Below, in pieces: positions 20,170 through 29,740 of a stretch of DNA of 64,000 bases (within the stretch, counting starts at the first letter, position 1; each line of letters starts with the position of its first letter). Both the position numbers and the translations under genes were made by a program. Source of the stretch: an uncultured Erysipelotrichaceae bacterium (GTDB lineage Bacteria > Bacillota_I > Bacilli_A > RF39 > UBA660). Below the pieces are notes generated by a model. The model was not told the origin of the DNA. It made no database searches and saw only the letters and a program-made list of their open reading frames with translations. The DNA lies in assembly GCA_963535465.1 (NCBI GenBank), contig CAUSWF010000007.1, positions 1,692-65,691 on the forward strand. The letters are read 5' to 3'.

Positions 20170-22521
20170 CTATCTATCTCTAACAACTGCACTATATTTA
20201 TTGACTACTTTATTAACTATTTCGTCAAATTCTTTATTAACCTCTTCTGTAGTTAATGTTTTATTATTATCTTGGAATAATATATTATAAGCAAGAGCCT
20301 TCTTACCACTTAATTTATCTCCCTCATATATATCAAATAATTTAACACTATTAACTATTCTAGAAGAGTTTAATACACGCTTAATATCTCCTGCATTAAC
20401 ATCCTTAGAAACAACAAATGAAACATCTCTTGATACGCCAGGATATTTAGGTGCCTCTACATATTTTATATTCTTAACAGGTTTTAGTAATTTATTCATA
20501 CTTAATTCAAATACATATAAATCATCTTTACAAACATTAGGATGAACTCTACCAATAATACCTATAACCTCATTATCTAAAGTTATATAAGCACTCATAT
20601 AAGGATGCATATCACTATTATCACATGGAATAAATGAATATCTATTACTAAATCCCATATATCTTAATAAGTCTTCTACAATACCTTTTACTAAGTAAAA
20701 ATCAGTTTTAAAATTGTTTATTCCATTACCTATATAATTACCTTCAAGTAAACCAGCAACTAATGTATCTTCATTATAATTAATATCATATACTTTACTA
20801 ATCTCATATAAGAATATATCGTCTACTTTTCTAGACCTATTATAATTATATACCCCAATTAATGAATTAATCAAGGAACTTCTAACAACACTTTTATCAC
20901 TACCAAGTGGATTAGGTAAAACTATTCTATCAATATTTCTATATGAGAATTTGAAAGAATCAACTGGATTTATTAAAGTATAAGTCTTAACTTCATTTAA
21001 TCCATAACCTCTAAGTCTCTTAGATATCATTTTACGATATTTAACATCTCCCTTATATTCACCCTTCTTAATAGGAACCCTAGGTAATGTAGAAACTAAA
21101 TTATCATATCCATATAATTTACCAATTTCTTCAGCAATATCATTAATATTAGGTTCTATATCAAGTCTTCTATTAGGAATAATAACAATAAATTTATTAT
21201 CTTCATATTCATATTCAAATTGTAATCTATTAAGTTCATTTTCTATATCTTTATCACTAATAGTAATACCTAACATAGATGACACTTGATTACCAGTAAA
21301 AGTAACTGTTTTTAAACTCTTATCAATATTATCATATAATACTACTCCTTCTAACACTTTAGCAGAAGCATACTTTTCTAATAATTGACAAGCTCTCTTA
21401 GAAGCCTCTTCACTATACTCATAATTTAAACCTTTACCATATCTAATAGAAGCTTCACTTCTAAGATCTAGTCTATTAGCAGTATTTCTAATAGATACAG
21501 AATCAAATATAGCAGACTCAATAAATATATTTTTAGTATCTATACTAATTTCACTATTAGCCCCACCCATAACTCCAGCTATACACTCTATATTTTTGTC
21601 ATTACTAATAACTATATCTTTAGAAGATAACTTACGACTAACTCCATCAAGTGTAGTTACTTCTTCATTATCTAATGCATCTCTTACAATAACTTTGCTG
21701 CCTAATTTATCATAATCAAAGAAATGTAGAGGTTGACCATATTCAAGCATAACATAATTAGAAATATCTACTACATTATTAATACTTCTAATACCAACAC
21801 TTTCTAATCTCTTCTTAATAAATGCTGGAGACTCTCCTATCTTAACATCCTTAACCATTCTACCAACATAATAACTACATTTAGAAGTCTTAACATCTAA
21901 TTTAATATAATTATTAATATTATCATTAATTGTATTATAACTAATCACAGGTAAATTAATTTTTCTATTTAAAACAGCCGATACAATATAAGCAAATCCT
22001 ATATGGTAGTAGCAGTCATTATTTCTATGTTTATGAATATCTAGTTCAAATAAAGTATCATTACCTATATACTTAAATACATCTTCTCCAACAACACATT
22101 CTTCACTTAATTCAGTAATACCCTTCTTTTTAACTTCATCAGTATCATCTTCTAAACCAAGTTCAAATAAAGCACAAAGCATACCATTAGATACTTCTCC
22201 TCTAATAACACCACTCTTTATCTCACCACCTGGAAGTACTGCCCCAACTTTCGCAACTATTACTTTAATACCTTCTCTAACGTTAGGTGCACCACATACT
22301 ATATCAAGTACCTCTTCTCCTATATCTACCTTACATAAATGCAAATGATCACTATTAGGATGTTTTTTAACTTCTAATACAAGTCCAACCACTAAATTTT
22401 TAATATATTTAGAGATAACCCCTTCTACATTTATATCTTTATTAGTAACTAATTTTGCTAATTCTAAAGAATCTATATCACTAATATTAACATAATCATT
22501 AACCCAATCTAGATTTATCAT
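20170..22521 (-). CDS. pheT: phenylalanine--tRNA ligase beta subunit
   Basis: N-terminal tRNA-binding domain (HPNSDHLHLCKVDIG) with B3/4, B5 and FDX-ACB layout. ATGA-coupled to pheS. Confidence 0.95.
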   Translation of the reverse strand: MINLDWVNDYVNISDIDSLELAKLVTNKDINVEGVISKYIKNLVVGLVLEVKKHPNSDHLHLCKVDIGEEVLDIVCGAPNVREGIKVIVAKVGAVLPGGEIKSGVIRGEVSNGMLCALFELGLEDDTDEVKKKGITELSEECVVGEDVFKYIGNDTLFELDIHKHRNNDCYYHIGFAYIVSAVLNRKINLPVISYNTINDNINNYIKLDVKTSKCSYYVGRMVKDVKIGESPAFIKKRLESVGIRSINNVVDISNYVMLEYGQPLHFFDYDKLGSKVIVRDALDNEEVTTLDGVSRKLSSKDIVISNDKNIECIAGVMGGANSEISIDTKNIFIESAIFDSVSIRNTANRLDLRSEASIRYGKGLNYEYSEEASKRACQLLEKYASAKVLEGVVLYDNIDKSLKTVTFTGNQVSSMLGITISDKDIENELNRLQFEYEYEDNKFIVIIPNRRLDIEPNINDIAEEIGKLYGYDNLVSTLPRVPIKKGEYKGDVKYRKMISKRLRGYGLNEVKTYTLINPVDSFKFSYRNIDRIVLPNPLGSDKSVVRSSLINSLIGVYNYNRSRKVDDIFLYEISKVYDINYNEDTLVAGLLEGNYIGNGINNFKTDFYLVKGIVEDLLRYMGFSNRYSFIPCDNSDMHPYMSAYITLDNEVIGIIGRVHPNVCKDDLYVFELSMNKLLKPVKNIKYVEAPKYPGVSRDVSFVVSKDVNAGDIKRVLNSSRIVNSVKLFDIYEGDKLSGKKALAYNILFQDNNKTLTTEEVNKEFDEIVNKVVNKYSAVVRDR

Positions 22522-23555
22522 TAATCATCCCTCCTATCAAAGTTAGTTACTTCTCTTAAATCAGTATTATAAAATACTCTAACATCTTTTATAGAATACT
22601 TAAGCATTGCAAGTCTTTCTGCCCCAAATCCAAATGCAAAACCACTCCATTTACTTGGATCATATCCTGCTCCTCTTAATACATTAGGATGTACAATACC
22701 AGCACCAGCTACTGTAATCCAACCTGTATTCTTACATATATTACAACCATCTCCATGACAATTAAAACAAGATATATCAACCTCTACACTAGGTTCAGTA
22801 AATTGATAATAACTAGGTTTAAAACGAGTAACTGTATCCTTACCAAATAGCTTCTTAACTACCACATCTATTGTACCTTTTAAATCAGTTAAACTAACAT
22901 TCTTATCTATTAGTAATCCCTCTATTTGAGTAAATTGATGAGAATGTGTCGCATCATCATTATCTCTTCTATAAGTCTTACCAGGACAAATTAATCTAAG
23001 AGGAACATCTCCATTAGTCTTAAGCATCTCTCTAACTTGTACAGGACTAGTTTGACTTCTTAAAAGTATTTCTTCTCCTTCTATATAGAAAGTATCTTGA
23101 GCATCTCTTGCAGGATGTCCCTTAGGTATATTTAACATTTCAAAATTGTATTTATCTTCTTCAACCTCAGGTCCATCTACTACATCATAACCCATAGACA
23201 TAAATACTTCTTCTACTTCTTCAACTAATTTCTCTAATATATTAGGAGCACCAACTCTAACATTTAAACCGTCTATTGTTATATCTATCTTTTCACTCTC
23301 TAATTTCTTATTAAGTAAATAATTATCTATCTCACTCTTTTTCTCATTAAACTTACTATCAAACAAATTAAATAACTCATTAACAATCATTCCAAATTCT
23401 TTCTTCTTATCAGCTGCTACATCCTTAATAGAAGAACGAAGTTCAGTAAGTATACCCTTCTTACTTAAATATTTAATTCTAATATCTTCTAATCCTCTAG
23501 AATCATTAACTTCTCTCAAATCTTTCAATAAATTTTCTCTTATCTTATCTATCAT
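22521..23555 (-). CDS. pheS: phenylalanine--tRNA ligase alpha subunit
   Basis: Class II motifs (FQFTEPS, GFAFGFGAERLAML). Start trimmed to MIDKIREN, preceded by GGAGG. The longer ORF-track start runs through the T-box terminator. Confidence 0.95.
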   Translation of the reverse strand: MIDKIRENLLKDLREVNDSRGLEDIRIKYLSKKGILTELRSSIKDVAADKKKEFGMIVNELFNLFDSKFNEKKSEIDNYLLNKKLESEKIDITIDGLNVRVGAPNILEKLVEEVEEVFMSMGYDVVDGPEVEEDKYNFEMLNIPKGHPARDAQDTFYIEGEEILLRSQTSPVQVREMLKTNGDVPLRLICPGKTYRRDNDDATHSHQFTQIEGLLIDKNVSLTDLKGTIDVVVKKLFGKDTVTRFKPSYYQFTEPSVEVDISCFNCHGDGCNICKNTGWITVAGAGIVHPNVLRGAGYDPSKWSGFAFGFGAERLAMLKYSIKDVRVFYNTDLREVTNFDRRDD

Positions 23556-23565
23556 ATTTTCCTCC

Positions 23566-23735
23566 AAAAAAAGACTATAACATAAGGACGAACAACCGCG
23601 GTACCACCTTATTTTATAGCCTCTATACACTCAAATATTTTTAACGCAAATAACTCGCTTGTTGCCAAGAACTCATAGAGTGAATTCATTAACTCATATT
23701 ATGTATTTTCACCAACCATACACTCTCTTAAAATA
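23566..23735 (-). promoter_or_regulatory. T-box leader, Phe specifier UUC (23682-23684)
   Basis: On the minus RNA I read AGAGAGTG...GGTGA stem I, then a GAA-UUC-A specifier loop. The T-box AAGGTGGTACCGCGG follows, then a terminator helix and U7 just before the pheS RBS. Confidence 0.9.
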
Positions 23736-23767
23736 TTACGTTAACTACTATTTTCTAATCACAGTCT

Positions 23768-24310
23768 TTATACAGTCATCAATTCTTTTTCTTTCTCTTT
23801 ATATAAATCTTCTATTTTCTTATTATATGAATTAACTTCTTCTTGTACCCTATCTTCCCATCTTTCAGCTTCATCCTTAGGAAGTTTAGCTTCTTCTATA
23901 GTTTTTAATATATCACGTCTAACATTACGTAATGCAATCTTAGCTTCTTCAGAATACTCTTTTACTTGTTTAACTAATTCCTTTCTTCTATCCTCAGTTA
24001 ACTTAGGAATATTAATTCTAATACTTTCTCCATCATTAATAGGATTAAATCCCAAATTAGCAACATTGATACCTTTTTCAATATCTTTTAAACTACTCTT
24101 ATCAAAAGGTTTAATAAGTAACTCAGTAGCCTCTGGTACAGTTATATTAGCAATAGACTTTAATGGAGTTAAACTACCATAGTATTCTACCATTACTTTA
24201 TCTAAACTAGATGGATTAGCACGACCTGCTCTAACATTTTTAAATCCATTTAATAAATTTTCTAATACTTCTTCTGCTCCCATTTCAAATTCTTCTATAA
24301 AATTATCCAT
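23768..24310 (-). CDS. frr: ribosome recycling factor
   Basis: VRAGRANPSSLD and the RRF coiled-coil body. Start trimmed to MDNFIEE, preceded by GAGGTG. Confidence 0.95.
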   Translation of the reverse strand: MDNFIEEFEMGAEEVLENLLNGFKNVRAGRANPSSLDKVMVEYYGSLTPLKSIANITVPEATELLIKPFDKSSLKDIEKGINVANLGFNPINDGESIRINIPKLTEDRRKELVKQVKEYSEEAKIALRNVRRDILKTIEEAKLPKDEAERWEDRVQEEVNSYNKKIEDLYKEKEKELMTV

Positions 24311-24370
24311 AAAACACCTCAAAAATATTATATTATAAAAGAAATAATATTACTAGTATTAATTATTAAT

Positions 24371-24396
24371 AAAAGAAAAAAGTGGTAAAACCACTT
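24371..24396 (-). terminator. terminator between tsf and frr
   Basis: AAGTGG-TTTTA-CCACTT followed by UUUUUCUUUU. Confidence 0.65.
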
Positions 24397-25282
24397 AAGC
24401 ATTCTTAATTTGAGATGCTACTTCTTCAGCAAAGTTTTCTTCTCTCTTTTCAATTCCTTCTCCAACAGCAAATCTAACCATTGATAAAATCTTACCACCA
24501 TTATTAGATACATATTGACCAACTGTTAAACCTGAATCTTTAATAAAGTCTTGTTCTTCTAATACTATTTCTTTAAAGAATTTATTTAATCTACCTTCGC
24601 TCATCTTTTCAAGTATAGCATCAGGCTTATTAGCATTCTTTGGATCATTTTTAATTTCAGTTATAATAACTTCTTTTTCATGTAAAACATCTTTTTCAGG
24701 AACTTCACTTCTAACAGCAGCAATTGGATTCATTGCAGCAGCTTGCATAGCAACATCTTTAGCAACTTCTTCATTTGCTCCATTTACAGTAACTAAAGCT
24801 CCAATCTTACCACCCATATGTTTATAAACTCCAAAGAAATCTCCATCTTGCTTAGTAACTTTAACAAAACGTCTAAAAGATAACTTTTCCCCAATTGTTG
24901 CTACTAAATTAGTAAGTTTTTCTGAAATAGTTTCACCATCAACTACTAAGTTTAAAACATCTTCATTTGTATTTACTTCATTTTCTAATATAGCCTTAGC
25001 AAGTAAATCAACAAAATTTATAAATTTTTCATTTGAAGCAACGAAATCAGTTTCACTATTTACTTCTACTACTACTGCATTATTACCATCAACAAGTATT
25101 TGACATAATCCTTCAGCAGCAATTCTAGATTGTTTCTTTTCAGCCTTAGCAATACCATGTTCTCTTAACCAGTCAACTGCTTTTTCCATATCTCCGTTAA
25201 CTGCAGTAAGAGCCTTCTTACAATCCATCATTCCTGCACCAGTTTTTTCTCTTAATTCTTTTACGCTATTTGCATTTATCAT
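24395..25282 (-). CDS. tsf: elongation factor Ts
   Basis: UBA-like N-terminus VKELREKTGAGMMDCKKAL and conserved body. Confidence 0.95.
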   Translation of the reverse strand: MINANSVKELREKTGAGMMDCKKALTAVNGDMEKAVDWLREHGIAKAEKKQSRIAAEGLCQILVDGNNAVVVEVNSETDFVASNEKFINFVDLLAKAILENEVNTNEDVLNLVVDGETISEKLTNLVATIGEKLSFRRFVKVTKQDGDFFGVYKHMGGKIGALVTVNGANEEVAKDVAMQAAAMNPIAAVRSEVPEKDVLHEKEVIITEIKNDPKNANKPDAILEKMSEGRLNKFFKEIVLEEQDFIKDSGLTVGQYVSNNGGKILSMVRFAVGEGIEKREENFAEEVASQIKNA

Positions 25283-25303
25283 ATTTTCCTCCTATTATTA
25301 CAA

Positions 25304-25324
25304 GAAAAAGGATGTTGCCATCCT
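25304..25324 (-). terminator. hairpin/attenuator between rpsB and tsf
   Basis: AGGATG-GCAA-CATCCT followed by UUUUUC. Confidence 0.55.
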
Positions 25325-25332
25325 CCTCCCCA

Positions 25333-26235
25333 TTATTTATTTAATGCTTCAACTAATTCTTTTTTCTTCATTGTAGAATAACCTTTGATACCATTTTCTT
25401 TAGCAATTTCTTTTAATTCAGCTAAAGTCTTAGTATTTAAATCTTCTACTACTTCTTCCTTAACTTCTTCCACTATTTCGATATTTTTAGGCATTTCTTC
25501 TACTATTGTAGTTGCCTTATTCTTATCTTCTTCACTTATAAAATCAAGTACTTCGTTATTATTAACTTCAGCAATTGCATTAGTTAATACACCAATTAAT
25601 AATTTAATTGATCTAACAGCATCATCATTTCCAGGAATAACATAATCTACTAAATCTGGATCACAGTTAGTATCTACAACTCCAAATACTGGAATTCCTA
25701 AAATTCTAGCTTCTTTTATAGCATTAAGCTCTTTATGAGGGTCAACTATTACCATAGCTTGTGGTAATCTAGACATTTCACGAACTCCTCTTAAGTTCTT
25801 ATTTAATTTTTCATATTCTTTCTTAAGTCCTATTACTTCTTTTTTAGGTAAAGCTTCAAATGTACCATCTTTTTCCATTTCTTCGATAGCTTCCATTCTC
25901 TTAACTCTTGATCTAATAGTCTTAAAGTTAGTTAATGTTCCACCTAACCATCTTTCATTTACAAAGAACATATTTGTACGGTTAGCAGACTCTTCCATAG
26001 CTTCACTAGCTTGTTTCTTAGTTCCAACAAATAGAACCTTTCCACCTTCTTGAGCAATATTCTTCATTGCTTCATAAGCTTCTTCTAAACATTTAACTGT
26101 TTTTTGTAAATCGATTATATAAATGTCATCTCTAGATGTATAGATATATTCTCTCATCTTAGGATTCCAACGTCTTTTTTGATGTCCAAAATGAACACCA
26201 GCTTCTAATAAATAATTCATTGATACTATTGTCAT
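25333..26235 (-). CDS. rpsB: 30S ribosomal protein S2 with C-terminal acidic linker and Rho_N/HeH-like module
   Basis: The S2 core spans roughly aa 1-225. The tail ends [35 protein letters not shown]. Confidence 0.95.
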   Translation of the reverse strand: MTIVSMNYLLEAGVHFGHQKRRWNPKMREYIYTSRDDIYIIDLQKTVKCLEEAYEAMKNIAQEGGKVLFVGTKKQASEAMEESANRTNMFFVNERWLGGTLTNFKTIRSRVKRMEAIEEMEKDGTFEALPKKEVIGLKKEYEKLNKNLRGVREMSRLPQAMVIVDPHKELNAIKEARILGIPVFGVVDTNCDPDLVDYVIPGNDDAVRSIKLLIGVLTNAIAEVNNNEVLDFISEEDKNKATTIVEEMPKNIEIVEEVKEEVVEDLNTKTLAELKEIAKENGIKGYSTMKKKELVEALNK

Positions 26236-26319
26236 ATTTTTTCTCCTTCGTTATATCTTCTATTAGTTTCGAAAATTTATCACCTATAAGGCACTAGATA
26301 AATTAATTCACTAATATGT

Positions 26320-26895
26320 TTATTTTTCAAGTGCAGCAATTATTTCTGCTTTTTTAAGTCCAGTTACACTGATCTTTTTCTTCTTAGCAACTTCTTTTAA
26401 TTCAGCAACACTCATCTTGCTGTAATCAACTGCTTCTTTTTCTTCTTTTTTAACTTCTTTTTTAGTTTCTTTCTTTAAAGCCTTAGCACCAGCAACTTCT
26501 ACTTCTACTGTTGCCTTAACTTCATTCTTAACTAACTTACCTAGAAGACCCTTCTTAGAAAGTTCTACTATATTTGTAAATTGTTTTGGATCATTAATTG
26601 CTATTTCACTTAACATCTTTCTGTTAATTTCAATACCTGCCTTAGTTAATCCTGAAATGAATTTAGAATAACTAATATCATTTAATCTACAAGCAGCATT
26701 AATTCTTGTAATCCATAATTTTCTAAAGTCTCTCTTACGAGCCTTTCTATCTCTAAAAGCATAATCACCTGAAGTCATTAATTGCTCTTTAGCTGTTTTA
26801 TAAAGTCTGTGTTTACTTCCCCAGTAACCTTTAGCAGCCTTTAATACTTTTTTATGACGAGCCTTAGTTGTAGCTCCTGTTCTTACTCTTGCCAT
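26320..26895 (-). CDS. rplT: 50S ribosomal protein L20 with about 74-aa C-terminal extension ending in a Rho_N/HeH-like module
   Basis: The L20 core spans roughly aa 1-117. The tail ends [34 protein letters not shown]. Confidence 0.95.
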   Translation of the reverse strand: MARVRTGATTKARHKKVLKAAKGYWGSKHRLYKTAKEQLMTSGDYAFRDRKARKRDFRKLWITRINAACRLNDISYSKFISGLTKAGIEINRKMLSEIAINDPKQFTNIVELSKKGLLGKLVKNEVKATVEVEVAGAKALKKETKKEVKKEEKEAVDYSKMSVAELKEVAKKKKISVTGLKKAEIIAALEK

Positions 26896-26907
26896 TTTGT
26901 CCTCCTA

Positions 26908-27096
26908 TTATATTGTTAGATTCTTAAATCTTCTTCTATCAGCTCTAGATAAATCATGTCCTCTTCTACAGCTTCTGTTAAATTTTGTACTCTTTGATCC
27001 AGTATTATGTCTAGATCCTGGTTTCCCTACTTTTATATCATTCTTACGAACAATAAAAACTTTCTTTGAACCCTTATGTGATTTTAATTTTGGCAT
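26908..27096 (-). CDS. rpmI: 50S ribosomal protein L35
   Basis: MPKLKSHKGSKK N-terminus and infC-rpmI-rplT order. Confidence 0.95.
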   Translation of the reverse strand: MPKLKSHKGSKKVFIVRKNDIKVGKPGSRHNTGSKSTKFNRSCRRGHDLSRADRRRFKNLTI

Positions 27097-27105
27097 ATTT
27101 TCCTC

Positions 27106-27636
27106 CTAGTTTCTTTCTTTAATTGATGTAAGTAGCATTGTCATCATTCTACCATCAAGTGTAGGTTTTTGCTCAACTACTGCAATATCTTTGCATGCTT
27201 CAGCAAACCTATTTAATACCTCTATTCCAAGTTCAGTATGAGCCATCTGTCTACCTTTAAATCTAATAGTTACTTTTACTCTATCTCCCTTAGAAAGATA
27301 TTTACTAGCATTTTTAAGTTTAGTTTGAAAATCTCCAACATCAATTACTGGTGATAATCTAAACTCCTTAAGCTCAGCCGTATTTGCTTTTTGTTTTTTT
27401 AGAGCTTCCTTAGCTTTCTTCTTTTTTTCATAGATATACTTGCTATAATCCATAAGTTTTGCAACCGGTGGATTTCCATTTGGACTAATTAAAACTAAAT
27501 CTAGGGAAGCATAACTTGCAAGTGTTAAAGCGTCCATTGTGGATTTTACTCCTACTTGTTCCCCATTAGGTCCTATTACTAAAACTTGAGGAACTCTAAT
27601 CTGCTTATTAATTAATAAATCATTTTTGTTATTAAT
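27106..27636 (-). CDS. infC: translation initiation factor IF-3, probable ATT start
   Basis: IF-3 sequence ([18 protein letters not shown]...). GGAGGTG lies 6 nt upstream of ATT at 27636-27634. The upstream ATGs at 27657 and 27651 have no RBS or sit inside it. Confidence 0.85.
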   Translation of the reverse strand: MNNKNDLLINKQIRVPQVLVIGPNGEQVGVKSTMDALTLASYASLDLVLISPNGNPPVAKLMDYSKYIYEKKKKAKEALKKQKANTAELKEFRLSPVIDVGDFQTKLKNASKYLSKGDRVKVTIRFKGRQMAHTELGIEVLNRFAEACKDIAVVEQKPTLDGRMMTMLLTSIKERN

Positions 27637-27657
27637 ATCAAACACCTCCATAAGCAT

Positions 27658-27778
27658 TTAAAAAGTGGATATAGAAATCCTATACCCACTTAAAAAACGT
27701 AATTATTACGGCTTTAATACCTACAGCTAATGTGCTATCAGGTGGATATAAATCTCTTTCCTCTTTTCAACAACTAAT
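27658..27778 (-). promoter_or_regulatory. L20-leader-type transcription attenuator upstream of infC-rpmI-rplT
   Basis: Terminator AAGTGGGTATAG-GATTT-CTATATCCACTT plus U5 at 27663-27691 abuts the infC RBS. An upstream copy of TATATCCAC (about 27741-27749) can pair with the terminator 5' arm instead. Confidence 0.6.
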
Positions 27779-27807
27779 ATTTAATCATATTACTACTATT
27801 TTGTCAA
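27779..27807 (-). promoter_or_regulatory. promoter for infC operon leader
   Basis: TTGACA, 17 nt, then TTAAAT preceded by TGa (extended -10). Confidence 0.5.
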
Positions 27808-27809
27808 CA

Positions 27810-29177
27810 TTAAAATTTAATTCTATCATTTATATAAGATACTATATCTTCTACTTTTATATTAACTTGTTCCATAGTATCTCTATCTCTTACAGTAACC
27901 TCTCCACTCTCTATTGTATTATCATCTATTGTTATACAAAATGGAGTACCAATCGCATCTGCTCTTCTATATCTCTTACCAATATTTGAAGAATCATCAT
28001 AACTAACCATAAATGTTTTAGATAACTCATCTCTTAACTTAGCAGCATATTCACCATGTCTTTTCTTAATAAGTGGTAATACTGCAACTTTATATGGAGC
28101 AAGATATGGCTTTAATTTAAGCACAACTCTAACTTCTCCATTAACTTCCTCTTCACTATAAGCCTCATTAAGAACAGCTAAAACAGTTCTATCAAGTCCG
28201 TAAGTAGACTCAACTATATATGGTACAAACTTCTCATTTGTATCAGGATCTAAGTACATTTGAGGAACACCACTATACTCAGTATGACGACTCAAATCAA
28301 AATCAGTTCTATTGTGAGTACCATTAACCTCTCCCCATCCAAAACAGAACTTATACTCGATATCACAAGCAGCCTTAGCATAGTGAGCTAACTTCTCATG
28401 ATCATGATATCTAAGTTTTTCACTAGGTAAACCAAGTCTTTCAAAAAACTTCTTACCATATTCTTTAAAATAATTATATAACTCTTCATCTTCTCCCTTA
28501 TGGCAAAAAGTCTGATATTCCATTTGTTCAAACTCTATAGTTCTAAAAGTAAAATTACCAGGAGTTATCTCATTTCTAAAAGCCTTACCAATTTGTCCAA
28601 TACTAAAAGGTAATTTACATCTCATAGTTCTTAAAACATTTAAATAGTTAACATATTCTCCTTGAGCATTTTCAGGTCTTAAATAAACTTTGTTTTTAGC
28701 ATCATTTATAACACCTCTATTAGTCTCAAACATTAAATTAAATTGTCTAATATCAGTAAAATCATGTTTACCACAATTAGGACAAGCAATATGCTTATCT
28801 TTAATAAATTCAAACATCTCTTCTTGACTCATCGCATCAGCCTTAGCATCTGGATATAAATCTTCTATTAAATTATCAACTCTAAATCTACTCTTACAAT
28901 TACGACAATCTATTAAAGGATCACTAAATGAAGACACATGACCTGATGCCTCCCATACTCTAGGATGCATCAAAATATCAGCATCTATCTCATATGCATT
29001 ATTTCTATTTTGAATAAACATATATCTCCAAGCATCTTTAATATTATTTTTAAGTCTTGCTCCTAATGGACCATAATCCCAAGTATTAGCTAAACCACCA
29101 TATATTTCACTCCCTTGGAATATATATCCATATTGCTTAGAATAATTAACTAAATCTATCATCTTTATATCTCTCAT
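27810..29177 (-). CDS. glyQS: glycine--tRNA ligase (homodimeric GlyQS type)
   Basis: GYIFQGSEIYGGLANTWDYGPLG N-terminus, class II core and anticodon-binding C-terminus. Confidence 0.95.
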   Translation of the reverse strand: MRDIKMIDLVNYSKQYGYIFQGSEIYGGLANTWDYGPLGARLKNNIKDAWRYMFIQNRNNAYEIDADILMHPRVWEASGHVSSFSDPLIDCRNCKSRFRVDNLIEDLYPDAKADAMSQEEMFEFIKDKHIACPNCGKHDFTDIRQFNLMFETNRGVINDAKNKVYLRPENAQGEYVNYLNVLRTMRCKLPFSIGQIGKAFRNEITPGNFTFRTIEFEQMEYQTFCHKGEDEELYNYFKEYGKKFFERLGLPSEKLRYHDHEKLAHYAKAACDIEYKFCFGWGEVNGTHNRTDFDLSRHTEYSGVPQMYLDPDTNEKFVPYIVESTYGLDRTVLAVLNEAYSEEEVNGEVRVVLKLKPYLAPYKVAVLPLIKKRHGEYAAKLRDELSKTFMVSYDDSSNIGKRYRRADAIGTPFCITIDDNTIESGEVTVRDRDTMEQVNIKVEDIVSYINDRIKF

Positions 29178-29701
29178 AAACTCTCCTTTATAATATCTAC
29201 TATCTTATCTTTATCAGACTCTATTATCATATATTGACTAGGTCTCATATCAAATAAATTATTCTCATATAATTTATATAATATCTTAATTATATCAGTA
29301 AAATAATAATTAACATTATATAAAATTATCTTTTTACATTTACCTATCTGAACCTGACATATAGAATTAAATAACTCAGTAATAGTCCCAATAGAACCAG
29401 GTAAAAATAATAAAACATCACTAATTTCATATATCTTATTAAATCTCTCCATAGTATTATCATAATAATAACTATCACTATACTTATTATTATCAGGTAA
29501 ATAATATTTAACACTAACACCAGTAATTTTCTTGTTATTATTTAAAAAGCTATTGTAAGCGTCACCCATTAAACCACTATTACTAGCCCCAAATACTAAA
29601 TCAACATCTTTAATTTTAGAAATATCATCTATTAATTCCTTAGATAAAATACTATATTTATCATCTATTTTAGAACTACTACATCCAATAAATAAATTCA
29701 T
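29174..29701 (-). CDS. LOG-family (TIGR00730-like) nucleotide phosphoribohydrolase
   Basis: PGSIGTITELF, a variant of the PGGxGTxxE motif. Its ATGA stop/start overlaps glyQS. Confidence 0.65.
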   Translation of the reverse strand: MNLFIGCSSSKIDDKYSILSKELIDDISKIKDVDLVFGASNSGLMGDAYNSFLNNNKKITGVSVKYYLPDNNKYSDSYYYDNTMERFNKIYEISDVLLFLPGSIGTITELFNSICQVQIGKCKKIILYNVNYYFTDIIKILYKLYENNLFDMRPSQYMIIESDKDKIVDIIKESL

Positions 29702-29740
29702 ATGCCTCCTATATTAATACATTTATAATACTTTGTAAAG

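Noticed and set aside
26236-26330. Possible promoter TTGAAA, 17 nt, ATTAAT and a leader upstream of rpsB.
   Set aside because: The -35 lies inside the rplT stop region and the -10 is weak. In DNA this AT-rich the match is not distinctive.
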